Of a stretch of 64,000 nt of DNA, positions 58,196 to 64,000 are shown piece by piece (position 1 is the first letter of the stretch; every line of letters begins with the position of its first letter). A program made the position numbers and the translations under genes. Source of the DNA: Eledone cirrhosa (Eukaryota); NCBI GenBank assembly GCA_964016885.1, contig OZ024755.1, forward strand, positions 19,530,001 to 19,594,000. The letters run 5' to 3'. A model generated the notes under the pieces. That model was not told the DNA's origin. It was given only the letters and a program-made list of their open reading frames with translations, and made no database searches.

Positions 58196-59161
58196 TTATT
58201 TATTAGTTGTTTGTTCTTTTTACAGAGTTTAATTGACAGTTTAATTAACATTACCCCCCCCCCCCCCCCTCCCAAAAATTATGGACCTTAGGCCTAAATC
58301 AGAAACCATTAAATAAAGAAATCAATATTGTTACTGTTGTTAGGGTATTGGGTTGGCAATATTGGTAGACCCCTCCAGTATCACTCTTTTGCTGCTCCCC
58401 CCTTTAAAACCTTTAGATGCCCTCATTATCACACCCTAGTATCTACTCTCTCTACCGCTGTCATCCCCTCAACTATCACCCTTAGTTATTTCTTCATCAC
58501 TACACCCACCCCTCTGTGGACTATTGACTATACCAACCCCCCATCACAACATCCCTTCTCTCCCCCTATACTATCAGTCATCCTTTCCCCCTACTCACCA
58601 CCCTGTCAAATCACCTCGCTAGCCATACACTCATAACTTCATACCTATCTCCTTTCTCTTGCCCCTCTCCCATACTCCGCAGAACACCGAGGGTTCTTCG
58701 TTGAGTCAAGTCTTTAGCTTGAAGACTCACCAACCTTCACTTTTACCTCTCACCTTTCTTTGAGACTTCTGAAAAAGGATCATGACCATTTGTCCTTCCT
58801 GTCACTGGAAACAAGTTTTCGTTGATATTTCTATGCTGGTATGGGTTGGATAGGAATTTTTGAGGCAATGTTTTATAGCCGGATGCCTTTTCTTAAGACA
58901 CGCCGGTGTATGGTGTACTTTTTTTTCAATTAAAAAGTAAAAAAAAAAATAAAAAAATAGAATTTGTCCGAGCAAACTGAATCCGAGTCAAGTAGAGTTA
59001 TCCCCCTTAACAATTTTGTAGTAAAATTGGAACTGATGATGTAATCTGTTCTCCTCCACAGTAACATTACAAACAAGGCCGCCAGCCTTTCAGCTGCTGA
59101 GGCTCCTAAGCTAAATGAAATGTTATATATTAATGCTGATGTTAAAGAATTACACACACAC

Positions 59162-59204
<43 letters not shown>

Positions 59205-59287
59205 TAAAATAACAGATTAAAGTTTAAGCAAAGAATCGCTGCTTTCACCCTTTTCTGAAACTTTTATTATATATATATATAAATATA

Positions 59288-59366
59288 CAGTGTGTCCTCC
59301 AAAAATGTACACACACATTTATTAGAATGCTGTTGAAGTGTGTATACAATTTTTGGGAACAACCTG
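59288..59366. mobile_element. 79-bp Tc1/mariner-like MITE, opposite orientation to 56631
   Basis: TA|CAGTGTGTCCTCCAAAA ... TTTTGGGAACAACCTG|TA. Confidence 0.8.
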
Positions 59367-59974
59367 TATGTGTGTGTGTGTATGTAGAAATCCGTAGATG
59401 AAAGATCAAAGAAAACTGTGCTCAATCTGTTGCGAGAGAGCTTTAAAAATGAGTCTTCCGAGGGTGTGTGGCCCTAAGCTATAGCTTATAAGCAAGTCCA
59501 GCACTGATTAACAGACATTCTCCACCCTCTCTCTATATATATAAATACCCTCACCAACACGTAACGATGGGTTTTGGTGAGGAATATATAGGGTTTGAGA
59601 AACTAATCCAAATTAAGTATCTAGACATGCAAACATCCCAGAGATAGAGAGAGAGAGAGAACACAGAAACTCTAAATTATTAATAATAATTAATTTCGAG
59701 TTTTAGTGTCTGTCTAAGTGTAAATACAACCCGTGGCTAACTTTACACTATCAAGTTCTATGATAAACGAAAGACAATTTGAATTATTTAAAGCTAAAGT
59801 TACTTCCCTTGACTAACCTAAAGTTCTTGCGTGCGAGAGATTCATATAGCACAGTAGTAGCAAATCAATGATTCGTCTGCTACATCTTGCTCTCTGTTTA
59901 CACATATTGACTGCTCATTCAGTTAGTGTTGGAATGTTTTAGATACAATAGCATTTTGAACACACACACACACA

Positions 59975-60010
<36 letters not shown>

Positions 60011-60349
60011 TTTTCTCAGCACTGGCTGAAGGAATTGGGGCCCAGAACCCAACGAAACTTGAGTACATGGTTATTTATCACTAATACACAGAACACCGTG
60101 ATGAAAAGAAAGCTAAACATATCCAATTCAAAGAAGGGTACACATACAGAATATATATACACATTTATTGAGATGGTCAACGCTGTTTTTTGACACTCGA
60201 AACTGTAGTAAGGGAGAGGTTAATAGCGAAGTTATCTTATTTTAGTTTGCTTTATAATAAATTGAAGTGAAAGCAACTGGTACGTGTGTTTCTTATTGGC
60301 AACAAGACCCTCCCAAAGTATAACAATATATATATATACATACACACAC

Positions 60350-60383
<34 letters not shown>

Positions 60384-61181
60384 CGCATCGTTTGCATGAA
60401 TGAATTAACGTTAGAATATTTCCTCATTCCATCTTTTTTGTCTTACTTTTAATATGTAACAAATTCTAAAAGAAAACAAGAACGAATGTGATGTTCGTGT
60501 GTGACGAGCAGACGACAAAACCCTCAGTAGAATTCATTTCTAAATGATTTACATAGGCATTAGGGAGATAAGTTTTGTGAGAGGAAACAAAACAGGTATT
60601 GTATTATATCAACGGGATTTGTACTCAGAATAGGAAAAGCCGGACCAAATACCACAAGACATTTAACTAACTAACGACTCTGCCAATCTATGACCTTTTA
60701 AAAAGCTAATAACCATTTCTAATATAAAAGCAAGCATCTACATCCTTTGGAGAAGGGGTTAGTAGACTAAATCAATCTAGTTACTAGACTGGGATTGGAA
60801 TAGAGATATATCTGTGTATGTGTTGGATTCAATATTCTTGGAGAAGTACAATAAAGTACCAGAAACGCACTGGAGTCGATTCAATCAGCTTTCCATTCCC
60901 CTTCAAATTGCTAGTCTTGTGCCAAATTTAGAAACAAATGTATCTATATTTATTTCTATTTACTTCTAACCATGATTTAAGTGGATATCGTTATCACTTG
61001 GAAGTTCGGATTTCTAAGAAAACTACGGTGAATAAACCTACTTGAAATATTTAATCTATTACTTTGACATACTCCTCTGTCGGCAATCTTCCTTTTCTTT
61101 TCTTTGAGAAACAGAATTAAATAATTGAAGATGACCACTTTTCTATTTCTGCAATTCAACTACACCTGTTATATAATAGAT

Positions 61182-61758
61182 CAGGGATCTGCAATATATT
61201 CCATTAGCGGGCCACTTTTGAATATTGGAACCATTATTAGGGCCATTAATATTTATTAAGCACTACGGCCCTTGCCAGTCTGAGTTCCAATCCCGCCGAG
61301 GTTAACTTTGCCTTTCATCCTTACGGGGTCGATAAAATAAAGTACCAGTAATACACTGGGCAATTGCTGGCCTTGTGCCAAAAGTAGAAACAATTAATAT
61401 TTATTAAGCACTACGCCGAGGTTAACTTTGCCTTTCATCCTTACGGGGTCGATAAAATAAAGTACCAGTAATGTACTTGTGCCAAAAGTAGAAACAATTA
61501 ATATTTATTAAGCACTACTCCAAAGATTTACCACAACTTCTTTCCATAACATGGAACTGGGAAATTATAACACACATAACCCTATCAGTGAAGCCCTTTA
61601 ACATAGGTCAACTAACAGAAAATTGTATTACGGCTACGAAAAACAAATCTAAATAAGCCTACAAGATAAAAATTGGAAACGGTCATCACGAGCCACTGAC
61701 TGGTCTGGTGTGCCGGATTGTGGCCCGTGGCCCGCGGCCCACCTGTTGCACGTCCCTG
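61182..61758. mobile_element. Non-autonomous hAT (Charlie-like) element with a nested SINE
   Basis: CAGGGATCTGCAA ... TTGCACGTCCCTG termini, GGCCCGCGGCCC subterminal motif, 8-bp TSD TAATAGAT at 61174-61181 and 61759-61766. Confidence 0.88.
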
Positions 61759-61907
61759 TAATAGATAGTTTCTATTTATTAAATAACATCACAGATAACT
61801 ATTGTACATAACAACATCTCATTGATTATTTCCCTTGTATCTAAAACGAAGGGGGGGGGCAGCTTAAAGGGAATTAACTGTTTGAAAATTTCGTTTCTTT
61901 AAAGTTA

Positions 61908-62062
61908 CCGTATTTCCCGGCGCCGAAGACGCTTCGTTCTCTCGACAACCAAAAATTTGAAAAAAAATAATAATAAACAACCTTCGGCCTCCAGGACGTA
62001 TGGTAGATTTTTGAGACTTATTTTAGGGGAAAAAGTAGCGTCTTCGACGCCGAGAAATACAG
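61908..62062. mobile_element. Tc2/pogo-like MITE
   Basis: TA|CCGTATTTCCCGGCGCCGAAGACGCT ... AGCGTCTTCGACGCCGAGAAATACAG|TA. Confidence 0.82.
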
Positions 62063-62432
62063 TATATACTTTTATTCCTATCCTGGGTTTCAGTGATTGG
62101 ACTCTGGAGCATGACATTGAAGGGTTTAGAGAATCCTAATAGATATTTCAGTCTAATGCTTATTTTAATCGATTTATATGTTAACATTCTACGTTAAACA
62201 GCATAAACAACACTAGTTTTAGATCGTTAAAAATATTAACACACACAAACATATATACAAATAAGTTGAAAATTCATACACACACACACAAGTTCCATTT
62301 TTTAAGAGCGTTTCTCCTTTCCAGGCCCGAACACAGTCGATTTCTTCCAGAGAAAGTGAGAGAATAGGAAAGTAATAGAGAAAGAATCGACCCCAGTACC
62401 AGACTGGTACTTTTTTTATTTGTATTACTTTA

Positions 62433-62618
62433 GGTGGTTTAGCAGTATCGGTAGAGGGTCGGACGCCATGCTTTGCAGCATAGAGTTATGGCCCTTTGCG
62501 TTCTGAGTTCAAATCCCGCTGAGTTTAACTTTGCCTTTCATCCTTACGGGGTTGATAAAATAAAGTACCAGTAATGCACTGGAATAATTGCTGGCCTTGT
62601 GCAAAAAAATAGAAAATT
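62433..62618 (+). mobile_element. SINE type B
   Basis: Near full-length family match. Confidence 0.88.
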
Positions 62619-62768
62619 ATTTTAACAAGAAATCTATTATTAGTTTTCTTAGCTTTAAGTTACCGATTTGACTTTCAAGATCTTTAACATATTCATATGG
62701 GCAAACACATTAAATATACTCTTTTCGTCTTTCTTTACAACAAACGGAAGAATAAAAGAGAGAAACAC

Positions 62769-62829
<61 letters not shown>

Positions 62830-63159
62830 TGCAGAGAGAGAGAGAGAAAGAGAGAGAGAAAGTAAAATATCAATATGAAAATAAATTTCATGTCCAGGTG
62901 TAAAAGGCTAGAAATATATTCTAGTACGTTTTGCTGGCGAATTGATGGCAACCTTAGAATAGTAGATGGAATCCCTTGCGGTATTTGATCTGCCCCGCTT
63001 ATGGTTTTTAAGTTCAAAGAGACAGCGAGTAATGAATGATACGTCCGGTTTTGAAATATCGATTCTTTAAATCCTGGATAACGGTATATAAACTATAAAC
63101 ATATTGATTGACAAGATCCCAAACCTCATTCGCTTATCGAACTGGAGTGGAACTCGCCA

Positions 63160-63590
63160 AAACAATGTTTCCATTGGTCTTTCCAATTGCTGGTACTAGC
63201 TACCTGTCGCAACCCCTGGCAGAAAGAGCAACGTGAAATAAAGTATTGTTTTGCCCAAGGACATAACAAATCGCCCGGTCCGGGAATCGAACTCGCAACC
63301 TCACGATTCTGAACTCAACTATTTAACCATGAAGCCTCACGCTTTCACATATAGAATTCATATAAGAATCAACCCGAATCCTACCAACAAATTCCATGTA
63401 GAAGACATGAATAACACAACCATGTGAATAACAGATCGATTCCCGGATCGGGAATCGAACTCGCAACCTCACGGTTGTGAAGTATTTAACCACGAAGCCT
63501 CGCGCCTTCACATGTAGAACTAATATAAGAACCAACCCGAATCCCACCAACAAATTACATGTAGAAGACATTAATAACACAACAATGTGA
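63160..63590 (-). mobile_element. SINE type C (63160-63345) whose head and flank are tandemly duplicated (~170 bp)
   Basis: CGGGAATCGAACTCGCAACCTCACG...CATGTAGAAGACAT..ATAACACAAC occurs twice. Confidence 0.75.
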
Positions 63591-64000
63591 ACGAGTGTTC
63601 TAATACGACAATGCTAATGGCAGTTTTAGCCACAATATCAAATTCGAAAAATCGTTAGCCATGTCATTAAATTAGCTTATGGTCACACCCGGTTTCTGGA
63701 AAATATTTAGCAATTTTAAGATTTGGGCGTAGTCAAAATGACATCATATTTTTCATTACTGATGTTTATCAGTGTTAATAGAGTAGTTCGAATCATAGAT
63801 ATATATATAACAGCAACACCACTAACATTGTCATCACCCCTATATGTCTTTGTGTTTGTGTGTCTGTGTTAGTGTTTGTGTGTCTGTGTTTGTGTGTCTG
63901 TGTTTGTGTTTGTGTGTTTGTGTGTTTGTGTGTTTGTGTTTGTGTGTGTGTGTGTTAGTGTTTGTGCTTGTTTGCGCGTGCGTGCGTGCGTGCGTGCGTG

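Noticed and set aside
60025-60070. Hammerhead-like CTGAAGGA...GAAAC...GTA
   Set aside because: The core deviates from CUGANGA and stem I does not pair.

Overview
Eukaryotic, very AT-rich and repeat-saturated DNA. The tRNA-headed SINE families, RTE/CR1/Tx1 LINE relics and long (TA)n/(CA)n tracts suggest a cephalopod (Octopus-like) genome; this is an inference, not a database match. There is no recognisable intact host gene, rRNA, real tRNA or CRISPR array. Nearly all listed ORFs are translations of micro- or minisatellites, and the only protein-like ORFs are truncated non-LTR retrotransposon ends (RTE, CR1/L2, Tx1/L1, RLE/R4-like). The window also holds about 30 SINE copies of three types, several MITE types (Tc1/mariner-pogo-like, hAT, piggyBac-like), tandem arrays with 85, 25, 45, 30, 25, 49 and 69 bp units, and many inverted repeats. 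Most notable: (1) a modular SINE/RTE system in which one SINE head carries different tails, each matching a different local RTE family; (2) one SINE segment that repeatedly seeds minisatellites; (3) an unclassified hairpin element whose copies show compensatory changes; (4) a 72-bp gap-free hairpin; (5) recurrent (TA)n-centred fold-backs; (6) short plus-strand exon candidates, three of which splice in frame. Coordinates were read by eye and element edges may be off by a few to tens of bases.
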